Below, piece after piece: positions 36,955-46,620 of a DNA stretch of 64,000 bases. Source of the DNA: an uncultured Ignavibacteriota bacterium (GTDB lineage Bacteria; Bacteroidota; Ignavibacteria; UBA10030; BY39); assembly GCA_947085405.1 (NCBI GenBank), contig CAMTWO010000024.1, forward strand, positions 579 through 64,578. Direction: 5' to 3'. Numbering within the stretch: the first letter of the stretch is position 1; each line of letters starts with the position of its first letter. The position numbers and the translations under genes were made by a program. The notes below the pieces were generated by a model. The model made no database searches and was not told the DNA's origin. It was given only the letters and a program-made list of their open reading frames with translations.

Positions 36955-38799
36955 ATGAAAATACCATTTAGAGACCGGTTAAAATTAGGGCCGATATTGT
37001 GCGACGGTGCAATGGGAACGCTGCTCGATTTATACGAGTACGACGAACTTCCGCACGAAATCCAAAACATTAAAAACCCGGACATCGTTGAACGACTTCA
37101 TTGCGAATATATTGAAGCCGGTTCAGAGATAATCGAGACGAATACATTCTCGGCAAACCGTTTCCGTTTGGCAGATTATCATTTAGAAGACAAAATAAGA
37201 GAGATAAATTTAGCAGGAGTTGAAATTGCTCGCCGTGCTGCCGGTGATAAAGTTTATGTTGCCGGTGCAGTTGGTCCAACAGGAAAATTAATGGAACCAA
37301 TCGGAAAAGTAAAACGGCAGCAGGTGCGCGATGCGTTCAAAGAACAGGTTGAGTATCTGCTTGAAGGAGGTATCGACCTGATAATGCTTGAAACTTTTGT
37401 AAGCATTCAGGAACTTGATGAAGCAATCGAAGCTGTGAAATCGCTTACAAACATTCCCCTTATTGCACAAAAAGCTTTCGCCGAAGACGGCTCGATACTC
37501 GCAGGCAATTATCCAATCGAAGTTGTCGAGCACATAATCGAAAAAGGTGTAGATATAGTTGGGGCAAATTGTACTGTCGGACCGCAGCGGATGTTCGGGA
37601 TTATCCGCAATCTTCATAAAGAGGGAATCTATCTTGTTGCTCAACCTGCTGCAGGAATTCCATCCCTGCAGGATGGACGATCGATTTATCACACATCTCC
37701 TGAATATTTAGCAACTTATGCGCGCGAGCTTGTTCAAAGCGGAGTTACAATAATTGGCGCCTGCTGCGGCTCAACGCCGGCTCATATCCGTGCTATCAGA
37801 GATGCAATTAAAGATGTTCAAGTTAAAAGAGGTGATATTAAATCTTCGGCTAATCCGTCAACTGACGGACGAATGGTATCACTCGACGCAGAGATGGAAT
37901 TGCAATATGATGCAGAAAAATTTCGTAAATCGAAATTTGCACGGAACATCGGAAAAAAAATATTAACTACTGTAGAACTCGACATCCCGCGCGGCGTTGA
38001 TATGCGAAAAGTAATTGAGGGGGCGCAAAAATGTTACGAACTTGGAGTTGATGCAGTAAACATCACCGACGGCGCCCGAGCCAGGCTAAGGATGAGCCCT
38101 GTAGCCGTTTCGCAACTGATTATGCAAAAGGTTGGCATCGAAACAATTACACACTTTACAGCCCGCGATAAAAATTTACTGGCTTTACAAGCCGACTTGC
38201 TCGGTTCGCATGCCCTCGGCATTAAAAATTTGCTTTGTATAACAGGCGACCCGGCAAACATCGGCGATTATCCACAAGCCCGATCCGTCTTCGATGTTGA
38301 TTCAATAGGATTAATAAGAGCGGTGAGTTCTATGAACCGCGGCGTCGATTTGTTAGGACACACAATCGGTGAGCCGACTTCTTTTTTAATTGCCTGTGCT
38401 GCAAATCCGTTAGCCGCCGATATGGATTTCGAGATTGAGCGGCTTGAGAAGAAAGCCGAAGCTGGCGCCGAAATAATTTTTACTCAGCCCTTATACGAAT
38501 TGAAAACTCTTGAAGATTTTATAAAGCGAATTGAACATTTGCATTTACCTTTAATGGTTGGCGTTCTCCCTTTACGAAGTTACAAGCATACCGACTTTTT
38601 ACATAACGAAGTTCCGGGAATGATAATACCTGAAAAAGTCAGAGAAAAAATCCGGAACGCCGGAAGCGATGCCGCAAAAGTTGGTGTTGAGTTATCGAAA
38701 GAATTTATTAAAGAAGCAACACAGATTGTTCAGGGAATTTACATGATGCCGCCCTTTGGAAAGTATAATGTTGTAAGCGAACTGATGGAGAGGATTTGA
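36955..38799 (+). CDS. Bifunctional homocysteine S-methyltransferase / 5,10-methylenetetrahydrofolate reductase (YitJ-like fusion)
   Basis: N-terminal Hcy-binding domain (ILCDGAMGTLL...). C-terminal MTHFR domain (VNITDGARARLRMSPVAVSQ...HFTARDKN...LLCITGDP). 614 aa. Confidence 0.85.
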   Translation: MKIPFRDRLKLGPILCDGAMGTLLDLYEYDELPHEIQNIKNPDIVERLHCEYIEAGSEIIETNTFSANRFRLADYHLEDKIREINLAGVEIARRAAGDKVYVAGAVGPTGKLMEPIGKVKRQQVRDAFKEQVEYLLEGGIDLIMLETFVSIQELDEAIEAVKSLTNIPLIAQKAFAEDGSILAGNYPIEVVEHIIEKGVDIVGANCTVGPQRMFGIIRNLHKEGIYLVAQPAAGIPSLQDGRSIYHTSPEYLATYARELVQSGVTIIGACCGSTPAHIRAIRDAIKDVQVKRGDIKSSANPSTDGRMVSLDAEMELQYDAEKFRKSKFARNIGKKILTTVELDIPRGVDMRKVIEGAQKCYELGVDAVNITDGARARLRMSPVAVSQLIMQKVGIETITHFTARDKNLLALQADLLGSHALGIKNLLCITGDPANIGDYPQARSVFDVDSIGLIRAVSSMNRGVDLLGHTIGEPTSFLIACAANPLAADMDFEIERLEKKAEAGAEIIFTQPLYELKTLEDFIKRIEHLHLPLMVGVLPLRSYKHTDFLHNEVPGMIIPEKVREKIRNAGSDAAKVGVELSKEFIKEATQIVQGIYMMPPFGKYNVVSELMERI

Positions 38800-38865
38800 T
38801 TGGATCATCGGTTTATTGAATCATTGAAACAATGAACCGATGGATAAATGGATCAATGGAGTAAT

Positions 38866-38893
38866 GCCTGCCCGCCTTCAGCGTTCAGGCGGG
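38866..38893. repeat. GC-rich palindromic element (CCCGCC-TTCAGCGTTCA-GGCGGG), copy 3, followed by T-run; likely terminator
   Basis: gcccgccttcagcgttcaggcgggg then agtaatgaagtttt, about 70 bp after the stop of the 36955-38799 gene. Confidence 0.5.
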
Positions 38894-39085
38894 GAGTAAT
38901 GAAGTTTTAATAAGCCCGTTTTCTTGAGGGAAATCGGCTCTTTTATTTTTGTAGGTCGGTCAACGCCTCTCTCGACCTATCAACGATTCTATCGAATCGT
39001 AGATTCGTAGAACGGTCTCGTAGATACGTTTTTTACGTTCTGAAGAAGTCGGCTTTTCTTTTATATCCTTTTTTGTTATTTTCAA

Positions 39086-39853
39086 ATGCCTATGTTAATC
39101 AAAAATAAACTTACTGAAGATTTTATCAGCGTATGCCGGCGCCTGTACGAGAAGGGCTTTGTTTCGGCAACCGACGGCAATGTGAGCGTTCGGCTGGAAA
39201 CCGGGACATTCCTGACTACACGAACCGGTGTGAACAAAGGAATGGTCGCTGATGAAGATATTATCGAAGTAAATCTGCACGGCGAGGTTGTTTCGGGCAA
39301 CTACGCTCCCTCAACTGAATTAGCAATGCACTTATTTATCTACCATCAGCGTCCTGATGTAAACGCAGTCGTTCACGCACATCCCCCGCATGCAACAGGA
39401 TTTGCCACAGCCCGCCAGTCATTAACCGGTTGCGTGTTTCCCGAAGTCATCGTAGGTCTGGGGGCAATCCCGCTTGCCGAATACGCAACGCCATCAACAC
39501 TCGAAGTCGTTAAAGCTATTGAACCGTTTGTTAAACAAGCCGATGCGATACTACTTGCTAATCACGGTGTTGTAACTTACGGCAACGATTTGTTCGATGC
39601 TTATTACAAAATGGAAAAAGTTGAACACGCAGCTCACATTACATTCGTAGCACGGATGTTAGGAGGCGAAAATCTTCTATCGCAGCAAGATGTAGAAAAA
39701 TTAAAAGCTATTAGCAAAGAAAGTTATGGAAAAGATTTTTCAGACAGGCTCGCTTGCGAAACTTCCTACACGTGCAAACAGAGTGGTACACCGGAACAGA
39801 CCGAAAATTCAGAAGACGATTTAAAAACTTATATAAAAAAGTATTATCTATGA
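39086..39853 (+). CDS. Class II aldolase/adducin family protein (FucA/MtnB-like)
   Basis: FVSATDGNVSVRL, TGVNKG, and His-rich metal site VHAHPPHATGFA. Confidence 0.8.
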   Translation: MPMLIKNKLTEDFISVCRRLYEKGFVSATDGNVSVRLETGTFLTTRTGVNKGMVADEDIIEVNLHGEVVSGNYAPSTELAMHLFIYHQRPDVNAVVHAHPPHATGFATARQSLTGCVFPEVIVGLGAIPLAEYATPSTLEVVKAIEPFVKQADAILLANHGVVTYGNDLFDAYYKMEKVEHAAHITFVARMLGGENLLSQQDVEKLKAISKESYGKDFSDRLACETSYTCKQSGTPEQTENSEDDLKTYIKKYYL

Positions 39854-40971
39854 AACGTAAACTTAAAATAGGCGTTCTGTTTGGCGGAAGGTCTGCCGAG
39901 CATGAAGTATCGTTAGTATCGGCTACTTCAGTAATCAACGCACTCGACAAGAAGAAGTATGATGTTGTTCCGATTGGAATTACTTTAGATGGCAGGTGGA
40001 TAAGCTCGCCCGATACGCTTGAAGTTTTGAAATCAAGAAAAAAAATAAACCAACAGCCACAAAAAATTCTACTGCCGGATCCAAACTTACAAGGTATAGT
40101 AGAAATATTTTCAAAAATAAATTCTAAAGAAAAAATTGATGTGGTATTTCCGGTTCTTCACGGGACGTTTGGAGAGGATGGAACGGTGCAAGGGTTACTT
40201 GAACTTGCGAACATTCCGTATGTGGGGGCTGGTGTGCTTGCATCATCGGTTGCAATGGATAAAATTGTGGCACGCCGGCTTTACAAGGCAGCGGGCATTT
40301 CCGTTACACCCGACGTATCGTTTTTGTGGAAAGAATTCAAGGTAAATAAAAAGTTTTTTTTAGGGCAAGTAGCTGATGAACTTGGGTTTCCGTGCTTTGT
40401 TAAACCGGCGAATATGGGTTCGAGCGTAGGTATTACAAAAGCGCACAACAGTCGTGAGCTTGAAGGTGCAGTCGTGCTTGCCGCAAATTATGACCGGAAA
40501 ATTTTAGTCGAGAAAGCAGTTCAGAATGCCCGCGAAATCGAGGTTAGCTTGTTGGGCAACGACAATCCGATAGTTTCGGTGCTGGGCGAGATAATTTCGT
40601 CGAACGAATTTTACGACTACAACGCAAAATATGTGGATGGCAAGTCAACCTCGGAAATACCCGCAAACATTTCCAAACGAGTTTCGGATAAAATTAAAGA
40701 ATATGCTTTGCGGGGATACAAGGCAATAGATTGTTCGGGTATGGCGCGTGCCGACTTTTTAGTAGAAAGAGATTCTAATAAAATCTATTTAAACGAACTC
40801 AACACAATTCCCGGATTCACATCAATCAGTATGTATCCGAAACTTTGGGAAGCATCGGGAATCCCATATCCCAAACTGTTAGATATGTTAATTAAGGTAG
40901 CAATTGAAAGATTCGAAGAGAAGTCGAAGTTGAAAACCGCTTACAGACCGAAGAAAGATTGGTATAAATGA
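39850..40971 (+). CDS. ddl: D-alanine--D-alanine ligase
   Basis: MKRKLKIGVLFGGRSAEHEVSLVSA, ATP-grasp motifs, C-terminal ELNTIPGFT. The ATG at 39850 overlaps the upstream stop (ATGA) and is preferred over the in-frame ATG at 39754. Confidence 0.9.
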   Translation: MKRKLKIGVLFGGRSAEHEVSLVSATSVINALDKKKYDVVPIGITLDGRWISSPDTLEVLKSRKKINQQPQKILLPDPNLQGIVEIFSKINSKEKIDVVFPVLHGTFGEDGTVQGLLELANIPYVGAGVLASSVAMDKIVARRLYKAAGISVTPDVSFLWKEFKVNKKFFLGQVADELGFPCFVKPANMGSSVGITKAHNSRELEGAVVLAANYDRKILVEKAVQNAREIEVSLLGNDNPIVSVLGEIISSNEFYDYNAKYVDGKSTSEIPANISKRVSDKIKEYALRGYKAIDCSGMARADFLVERDSNKIYLNELNTIPGFTSISMYPKLWEASGIPYPKLLDMLIKVAIERFEEKSKLKTAYRPKKDWYK

Positions 40972-41019
40972 TTTTGGAATCTTGCTATTTTTTTTTATCT
41001 TTAAATAAAAGGTTTAACA

Positions 41020-41253
41020 ATGGAATATATTTCTGAAAGAATTACAATAGATGAGAACCTATGTAATGGGAAACCTACAATCAGAGGGAAAAGAATCACT
41101 GTTCAAACAGTTTTAGAATTTCTTAGCGCCGGAACCAGTGTTGATGAAATACTATACCAATATCCATCTTTGGATATTGAAGATATAAAAGCGTGTTTAA
41201 AATTTGCTGCAGAATTAATGAATCGCGGATATATTATTAAAACGGTAGCTTGA
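41020..41253 (+). CDS. DUF433 domain protein (antitoxin-like partner of DUF5615)
   Basis: 77 aa. ENLCNGKPTIRGKRITVQTVLEFLSAGTSVDEILYQYPSLDIEDIKACLKFAAEL is typical of DUF433. Confidence 0.7.
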   Translation: MEYISERITIDENLCNGKPTIRGKRITVQTVLEFLSAGTSVDEILYQYPSLDIEDIKACLKFAAELMNRGYIIKTVA

Positions 41254-41597
41254 TGTTAAAAAAGTATTTGATTGATGTTAATCTGCCTTATTATTTTTCT
41301 TTATGGAAGGGCGAAGAGTTTATACATCTGAAAGATATAAATGAAACATAGACTGATTCTCAAGTATGGGATTATTCCAAAACTAACAACCTAACGATTA
41401 TTACTAAGGACAGTGATTTTTCGAATCGAATACTTTTATCTGAACCTCCTCCGAAAGTAATCCATATAAAATTTGGTAACTTAAAGATGAAAAGATTTTT
41501 TGATGTCTTGTCTCTGGCATGGGAGCCAATCAAAAATACAAGTGAAAAATATAAGCTTGTGAATGTATTTGCCGATAGGGTGGAAGGAATAAATTGA
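41253..41597 (+). pseudogene. DUF5615 (Mut7-C/PIN-like toxin partner of DUF433) interrupted by an in-frame TAG at 41349-41351
   Basis: The ATG at 41253 overlaps the DUF433 stop (TGATG). The translation MLKKYLIDVNLPYYFSLWKGEEFIHLKDINET*TDSQVWDYSKTNNLTIITKDSDFSNRILLSEPPPKVIHIKFGNLKMKRFF... is collinear with the intact paralog at 51743-52099 apart from the internal stop. Confidence 0.6.
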
Positions 41598-41620
41598 TGT
41601 TCCCACAATAATTATCATTT

Positions 41621-43735
41621 TTAAACCTTCCCCTTCAGCAACCTCAAACCGTTTAGAATAACTAATAGCGCCGCTCCATCGTCAGCCAATATTGCAAGCC
41701 ACAAAGTTGCAATACCCGATGCACCCAATATCAAAAATATTCCTTTCGTTACTAATGCGATCGTGATGTTCTGCTTAATAATTCGAAGTGTTTTTCTGGA
41801 TAACTCAATAGTTTCAGAAACTTTCGAGAGGTTATCCGACATCAACACGATGTTCGAAGTTTCGATAGCGGCATCAGTTCCGGCTGTTCCCATTGCAATT
41901 CCAATTGTTGCTGCTGCCAAAGCAGGCGCGTCGTTTACGCCGTCGCCTACCATACCGACATTTCCATAAATATTTTTTAACTCATTAATCGCTTCAACTT
42001 TATGTTCGGGGAGTAATTGTGAACGCACATCGTCGATGCCAAGTTCGCTGGCAATCGAGCGGGCTGTTGATTCGTTGTCGCCTGTAAGCATGATAACTTT
42101 TTTGATGCCAGCATTGTGAAGAAGCGATATCGCTTGTTTACTTTCTTCCCGCGCAGTATCTACAACAGAGATAACTCCAACAGGAATGTTGTCTTCAATT
42201 ATAACTACAACAGTCTTTCCCTCGTTCTCTAATTGATGAAGTTTACTCTCCACTTGATTGTTGCACGCTTGCAGTTCTTCACAAAAATTGTGATTGCCGA
42301 GTATATATGTTTTTCCCTCGACAACTCCTTTAATACCTTTTCCCGGAAACGATTCAAACTCATGAACGACAATATCTTGAAATGATATATCTTCTTCGAT
42401 TGCTTTCAGTTCAATTGCCGCAGCTAACGGATGTTCCGACTTTGCTTCAATTGCTGCAGCAATCCTTAAAAGTTCAGTATTAGAAACTGAATTCAAAGGA
42501 ACCACATCAACAACTTTTGGCTTACCTTCCGTTAAAGTGCCAGTTTTATCAATCGCGATTGCAGATATTTTACCGATTTCTTCCAAATATCTGCCGCCTT
42601 TTATAAGAACTCCGTTGCGAGCAGCGCTTGTTATTCCGCTTACAATCGTTACCGGCGTTGAGATTACGAGAGCGCAGGGACAAGCGATTACAAGCATTAC
42701 TAATGAGCGGTAAAACCATTCGCTGAAAGGTTGAGAAAAGAAGAGCGGCGGGAAAATCGCAATTATAATTGCGATAATAACTACCGACGGAGTATAGTAG
42801 CGAGCAAACTTTTCGATAAATGTTTGACTTTTGGATTTCTCCGATTGTGCCTCTTCAACAAGATGAATGATGTGTGCTAATTTAGTATCGCGATAACTAT
42901 GTGTAACTTGAAACTCAATAACTCCTTTGCCATTAATGGTGCCGGCATATACGGAATCACTTTCGCTTTTAAAAACCGGCAGCGATTCGCCGGTTATAAG
43001 TGATTCGTTCACTGATGTTTTTCCGTGAGTAATAATTCCATCAAGCGAAACTCTCTCGCCGGGGCGAACAATAATTATTTCTCCGATATTAATATCTTCA
43101 ACTTTTTTTGTAATCTCCCCGTTGCCGTTTTTAACAGAGGCAGTTTGAGGCGAAAGTTCCATTAGCGATCGGATCGCATTACGAGTTCGTTCGATGCTGT
43201 ACGATTCGAGTAACAAAGCTAACGAAAACATAAATATTACCGCCGCTGCTTCAGCAAACTCACCGATTATTACAGCACCGATTGTTGCAACGGACATAAG
43301 AAAGTTCATGTCTAACGCAAGATTGACAACTGCCCTGTACCCCTTTATGGCAATCTGCCATCCGCCGCTGCATATTGCTGCAACGAAAATTACTATAGTT
43401 ACCGACTGAGTTACTCCGAAATAACTTAACACGATACCCAAGAAAGTTAAGAAACCTGCAGTGGTTGTAAAAAATAAATTAGAATATTTCGCCCATAAAT
43501 TTTTTGGCTTAACAGAAGTTTCAAACCTTTGAGCTTTAAAGCCGGCTGAGTTGAGCACGTTAATAATTTTTTCTTCCGGGCAAGTATGTGTTACGCTTAA
43601 TCGTTGCGTGATGATGTTGAAGTTAAATTGATCAATACCGTCGGTTGAAGAAAGTTTTTTTCGCACAACAACCTCTTCTTCCGCGCAGCAAACTCCTTTC
43701 ACATACAGAAGTGTATTTTTACTTTTTTTACTCAT
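41621..43735 (-). CDS. Heavy-metal (Zn/Cd/Pb-type, P1B-2) translocating P-type ATPase
   Basis: Transmembrane CPC motif (IACPCALVISTP), phosphorylation site DKTGTLT, hinge GDGVNDAPAL. N-terminal HMA-like domain with CCxxE-type motif GVCCAEEE. Confidence 0.9.
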   Translation of the reverse strand: MSKKSKNTLLYVKGVCCAEEEVVVRKKLSSTDGIDQFNFNIITQRLSVTHTCPEEKIINVLNSAGFKAQRFETSVKPKNLWAKYSNLFFTTTAGFLTFLGIVLSYFGVTQSVTIVIFVAAICSGGWQIAIKGYRAVVNLALDMNFLMSVATIGAVIIGEFAEAAAVIFMFSLALLLESYSIERTRNAIRSLMELSPQTASVKNGNGEITKKVEDINIGEIIIVRPGERVSLDGIITHGKTSVNESLITGESLPVFKSESDSVYAGTINGKGVIEFQVTHSYRDTKLAHIIHLVEEAQSEKSKSQTFIEKFARYYTPSVVIIAIIIAIFPPLFFSQPFSEWFYRSLVMLVIACPCALVISTPVTIVSGITSAARNGVLIKGGRYLEEIGKISAIAIDKTGTLTEGKPKVVDVVPLNSVSNTELLRIAAAIEAKSEHPLAAAIELKAIEEDISFQDIVVHEFESFPGKGIKGVVEGKTYILGNHNFCEELQACNNQVESKLHQLENEGKTVVVIIEDNIPVGVISVVDTAREESKQAISLLHNAGIKKVIMLTGDNESTARSIASELGIDDVRSQLLPEHKVEAINELKNIYGNVGMVGDGVNDAPALAAATIGIAMGTAGTDAAIETSNIVLMSDNLSKVSETIELSRKTLRIIKQNITIALVTKGIFLILGASGIATLWLAILADDGAALLVILNGLRLLKGKV

Positions 43736-43740
43736 ACAGC

Positions 43741-44097
43741 TTACTCCGTTGTATGCCGTAAAGCAGCTTTTATTAAATCTTCAATATGCTCATCGTCTAT
43801 TGTATAATAAGCCATTTTGCCATCGCGCCGATGTTTTACAATTCGGGAGTTTTTAAGCAGACGAAGCTGGTGTGAAATTGCAGACTCAGTTAAGTTGAGA
43901 AGAGCTGCGATGTCGCAAACACAGAGTTCTTCTTTTGCTAATGACATTACAATTTTTAAGCGGGTAGGGTCGCTCAGTATTTTAAAGATTTCGGAAGCTT
44001 CTAAAATATTTTGTTCGTTTTTGATTGCACTCTGGGCAGATTTAACTTTGTCTTTGTGCACAATTCCAATTTTGCAAACGGGGATTGGTTTAGCCAT
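43741..44097 (-). CDS. ArsR/SmtB family metal-responsive repressor (CadC-like)
   Basis: Winged-HTH LSDPTRLKIVMSL...ISHQLRLLKNSRIV, with metal-site cysteines ELCVCDIA. Sits directly upstream of, and co-oriented with, the P-type ATPase. Confidence 0.85.
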   Translation of the reverse strand: MAKPIPVCKIGIVHKDKVKSAQSAIKNEQNILEASEIFKILSDPTRLKIVMSLAKEELCVCDIAALLNLTESAISHQLRLLKNSRIVKHRRDGKMAYYTIDDEHIEDLIKAALRHTTE

Positions 44098-44117
44098 ATT
44101 TATTCTTTCATATTAAC

Positions 44118-44133
44118 GATTGAGCAATTGTTC
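44118..44133. promoter_or_regulatory. Imperfect 16-bp palindrome TTGAGCAATTGTTCAA in the cadC promoter region; candidate ArsR-family operator
   Basis: Located 21-36 bp upstream of the cadC-like start (minus strand). Half-sites ttgagcaa and ttgaacaa (reverse complement) differ at one position. Confidence 0.3.
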
Positions 44134-44239
44134 AACTGTAATATAATAACTGCAATTTGGAATTCAAAATACTGAAGGATTAAAAATACTTGATAAGTAC
44201 ACTTTGAATTAATATATTAATGAAAATAGCACTGAAAAT

Positions 44240-44776
44240 ATGAGTAAAGCCAAATATTATTTACCCCTTACTTTTAGTTTGTTGATTTTCTCCAGTCATG
44301 TTCTTGCCCTTGGGAATGAAAATAATTCAGAAATAGATACCATCGAAGTTTTTACCCCCGGCTTTAGAAGTATCCAATTAGATGGTGTTATAATGATATT
44401 TTCAAGTGCTGGTATCTCAGGCTCAGTTGATTATGATCTCTTCGCAATAACAAAAAAAACGAGTGTAGGTATCAGAACAGGTATTGAGTATTACGCAATA
44501 CTAGGATTTGAATCAGTAGAAGGTCCTTTCACAGACTATAATATTCTTGCGCGTTCAACAACGGGAGGGAAACATTTTAGATGGGACATATATGCCGGTT
44601 TAACATACCACACTTCTTCTGACAAGAAAGAAGACTCATCAAAAATTTCCCCCAAATATGGTATGGAATTTAAATACATGTTTGTACCTAAATTTTTAGG
44701 TTTCTTAATCAAAGCAAGTGTAACTCAAGATAAATGTTTAGCTGGGATTGGTGCTGTAATTAGTTTTCAGTTTTAG
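44240..44776 (+). CDS. Small secreted protein, putative outer-membrane beta-barrel (C-terminal Phe)
   Basis: Signal peptide MSKAKYYLPLTFSLLIFSSHVLALG, alternating hydrophobic strands, terminal ...ISFQF. Confidence 0.45.
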   Translation: MSKAKYYLPLTFSLLIFSSHVLALGNENNSEIDTIEVFTPGFRSIQLDGVIMIFSSAGISGSVDYDLFAITKKTSVGIRTGIEYYAILGFESVEGPFTDYNILARSTTGGKHFRWDIYAGLTYHTSSDKKEDSSKISPKYGMEFKYMFVPKFLGFLIKASVTQDKCLAGIGAVISFQF

Positions 44777-44870
44777 TAAAAATAGGATTAACTAACAGCT
44801 TCCTACAAGTTTGTGGTATTATCATCAGACCATATCACACGTTAAATCCATACTCGCGAATTAATAAAAA

Positions 44871-44898
44871 AGCCAACTCAGCCCTCGCCAAGTTGGCT
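44871..44898. terminator. Bidirectional rho-independent terminator (agccaact...agttggct flanked by A/T runs) between convergent genes
   Basis: aaaaaagccaactcagccctcgccaagttggcttaaaaaaaa, giving a T-run on either strand. Confidence 0.65.
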
Positions 44899-44921
44899 TA
44901 AAAAAAATTATTTAATACTAC

Positions 44922-45278
44922 TTACTTCTTCTTCGCACTTTCCCAAAGTGCCAACTGGCAGCCGTCGGGAGTTTCAAACTTTGCCCACCAGCCCATCTGA
45001 GCAATCGGAGATTTCGGAACTACAACTTTTCCTTTTAGTTTTTTAATCTCTTTTAATTTTATATCAATAGAATCTACCTCGATGTAAATCAATACCGCAT
45101 GCTTCTTTGCCATTTTCTTCACTTTATAAAATCCACCGTGTGGCTTTTGTGGTGCATAAAAAAGCATGTAATCCCAATCGGGCACTTCCTCAAATTTCCA
45201 ACCGAATAATTTTCCGAAAAACTTTTGTGTCATCTTAAAATCAGTTGTTGGTAATTCTATATGTCCAACACTATGCAT
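44922..45278 (-). CDS. VOC (glyoxalase/bleomycin-resistance fold) family protein
   Basis: 118 aa. MHSVGHIELPTTDFKMTQKFFGKLFGWKFEE...GGFY... fits the glyoxalase-fold pattern. Confidence 0.65.
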   Translation of the reverse strand: MHSVGHIELPTTDFKMTQKFFGKLFGWKFEEVPDWDYMLFYAPQKPHGGFYKVKKMAKKHAVLIYIEVDSIDIKLKEIKKLKGKVVVPKSPIAQMGWWAKFETPDGCQLALWESAKKK

Positions 45279-45311
45279 GTAATCTCCTTAAGTATAATTT
45301 ATTATTGTTAA

Positions 45312-46601
45312 TTAATTTCTTTTCTCCATTTGATATATCACCGAATCCATTCCCTCGATTACCAATGTATCTAATAAACTGTCGGGCGATTTTTCAGAGG
45401 GCTGATCGAGGTTACCGATATTATCAATCGCTTTTTGTGTGTTTGGAATTATCGAATCGGTAAGATTCTTGAAGTTATCGTTCGACACAATCTTCCGCAG
45501 CATGTTTTTATTGGCTGTGCTTTTGGCTAACTTTGTGCCGAGGTCGTTTATCGACTTCGAAGTTTCGGGAGTTAATGCCTGAGAGCTTGCGTTAATCATT
45601 CTTCCAATATCTATCACGCTATCTCTTAAAATCTTATTTGGTTTACCCATCGCAGAAGTGATTGCATAAGCTGTATGGCTCAAACTTGCACTGAGGAGTC
45701 CCACCATACTTTGAAGTGCCCGATTCAAGCTTCCGCCGGCTTGCTCGATATTTTCTCCGAAAACCTCCAAGCCATAACTCAGTGAGCTACCTAAAGATTC
45801 GAGACCTTTTCGGATTTCGGCACCCTGACTTTCGTTTCCGTAAGCGGAAATTTTAGCAGCTTCAATTTCCGATAAACCACGTGTATATGACGAAAGAAGT
45901 TTGGTTGTTTGATCAATATCGAATTGTATTCGTTCAACAAGTTGCGAGGCTTTTTTATCAAAGTAAAAGTTCCGTGCACGATAAAAATGCCATAAGGCAA
46001 TTTGCATCATTGTTTGCAGAAGTGCCGGGTCGGTGCTTATAGTTGCCATCGCTTTTTCACCGACATGCAGATTGATAGCGGCTTCCCATTCTTTAGCGTC
46101 AAGACGTAAAAACCATTGCCGCGCCGCAATCAGGTCGCCCAGATCTTCAATCCTCTGAATTTCTTTTTCGATGCCGCGCTGCAAATATGCCGTGGCTATC
46201 ATATAAGCACAGCTTGCAGCCGATTTTTGTAAGCCGGTTTCGGAAAACAAACGGAAGCAAAATATCAATTGTTCAACTACCTTCTCTGAAACTGCGCCCT
46301 GATAATAGTATGGTTGTATTTTAGCAAAAATGTCTTTAGCGCGGACTAAATATAAATCGGTAGTTTCGCGGTATCGCTGTTTTAAAACTGCAGCTCGTTT
46401 GGTGTGCTTGTCTAAATATTGTTTATCTTCGTTGCGGAGTGCAGAGATTGCATTTTTTATGTCGGAAAGTGAGAGAGTTTCCGAAATGTTCTTCCTGCCA
46501 CACATATAGCAGAACTCGCGCGATTGCGAATAGTCGATCCACTTGTGTCCGCAGTGGATACATCTCTCGACTCCAATTTTAATAGATATTGTTTGTGCCA
46601 T
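45312..46601 (-). CDS. Hypothetical protein with N-terminal zinc-ribbon (CIHCGHKW...CYMCGRK)
   Basis: 429 aa. Beyond the N-terminal CxxC...CxxC the protein is mostly alpha-helical. Confidence 0.45.
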   Translation of the reverse strand: MAQTISIKIGVERCIHCGHKWIDYSQSREFCYMCGRKNISETLSLSDIKNAISALRNEDKQYLDKHTKRAAVLKQRYRETTDLYLVRAKDIFAKIQPYYYQGAVSEKVVEQLIFCFRLFSETGLQKSAASCAYMIATAYLQRGIEKEIQRIEDLGDLIAARQWFLRLDAKEWEAAINLHVGEKAMATISTDPALLQTMMQIALWHFYRARNFYFDKKASQLVERIQFDIDQTTKLLSSYTRGLSEIEAAKISAYGNESQGAEIRKGLESLGSSLSYGLEVFGENIEQAGGSLNRALQSMVGLLSASLSHTAYAITSAMGKPNKILRDSVIDIGRMINASSQALTPETSKSINDLGTKLAKSTANKNMLRKIVSNDNFKNLTDSIIPNTQKAIDNIGNLDQPSEKSPDSLLDTLVIEGMDSVIYQMEKRN

Positions 46602-46620
46602 ACTTTAACCCTGAAATTAA

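Noticed and set aside
39754-39849. Long N-terminal extension of ddl starting at 39754
   Set aside because: The extension overlaps the class II aldolase gene. Ddl homology begins at MKRKLKIGVLFGG (ATG 39850, ATGA overlap with the upstream stop).
40265-40285. Sigma-54-like TGGCACG-N4-CTTT element
   Set aside because: It lies inside the ddl coding region and the -12 element does not match TTGC(A/T).
43817-44116. ORF 43817-44116 (+) and ORF 54871-55266 (+)
   Set aside because: They are antisense to the well-supported ArsR-family and ROK-kinase genes respectively and have no independent coding signals.
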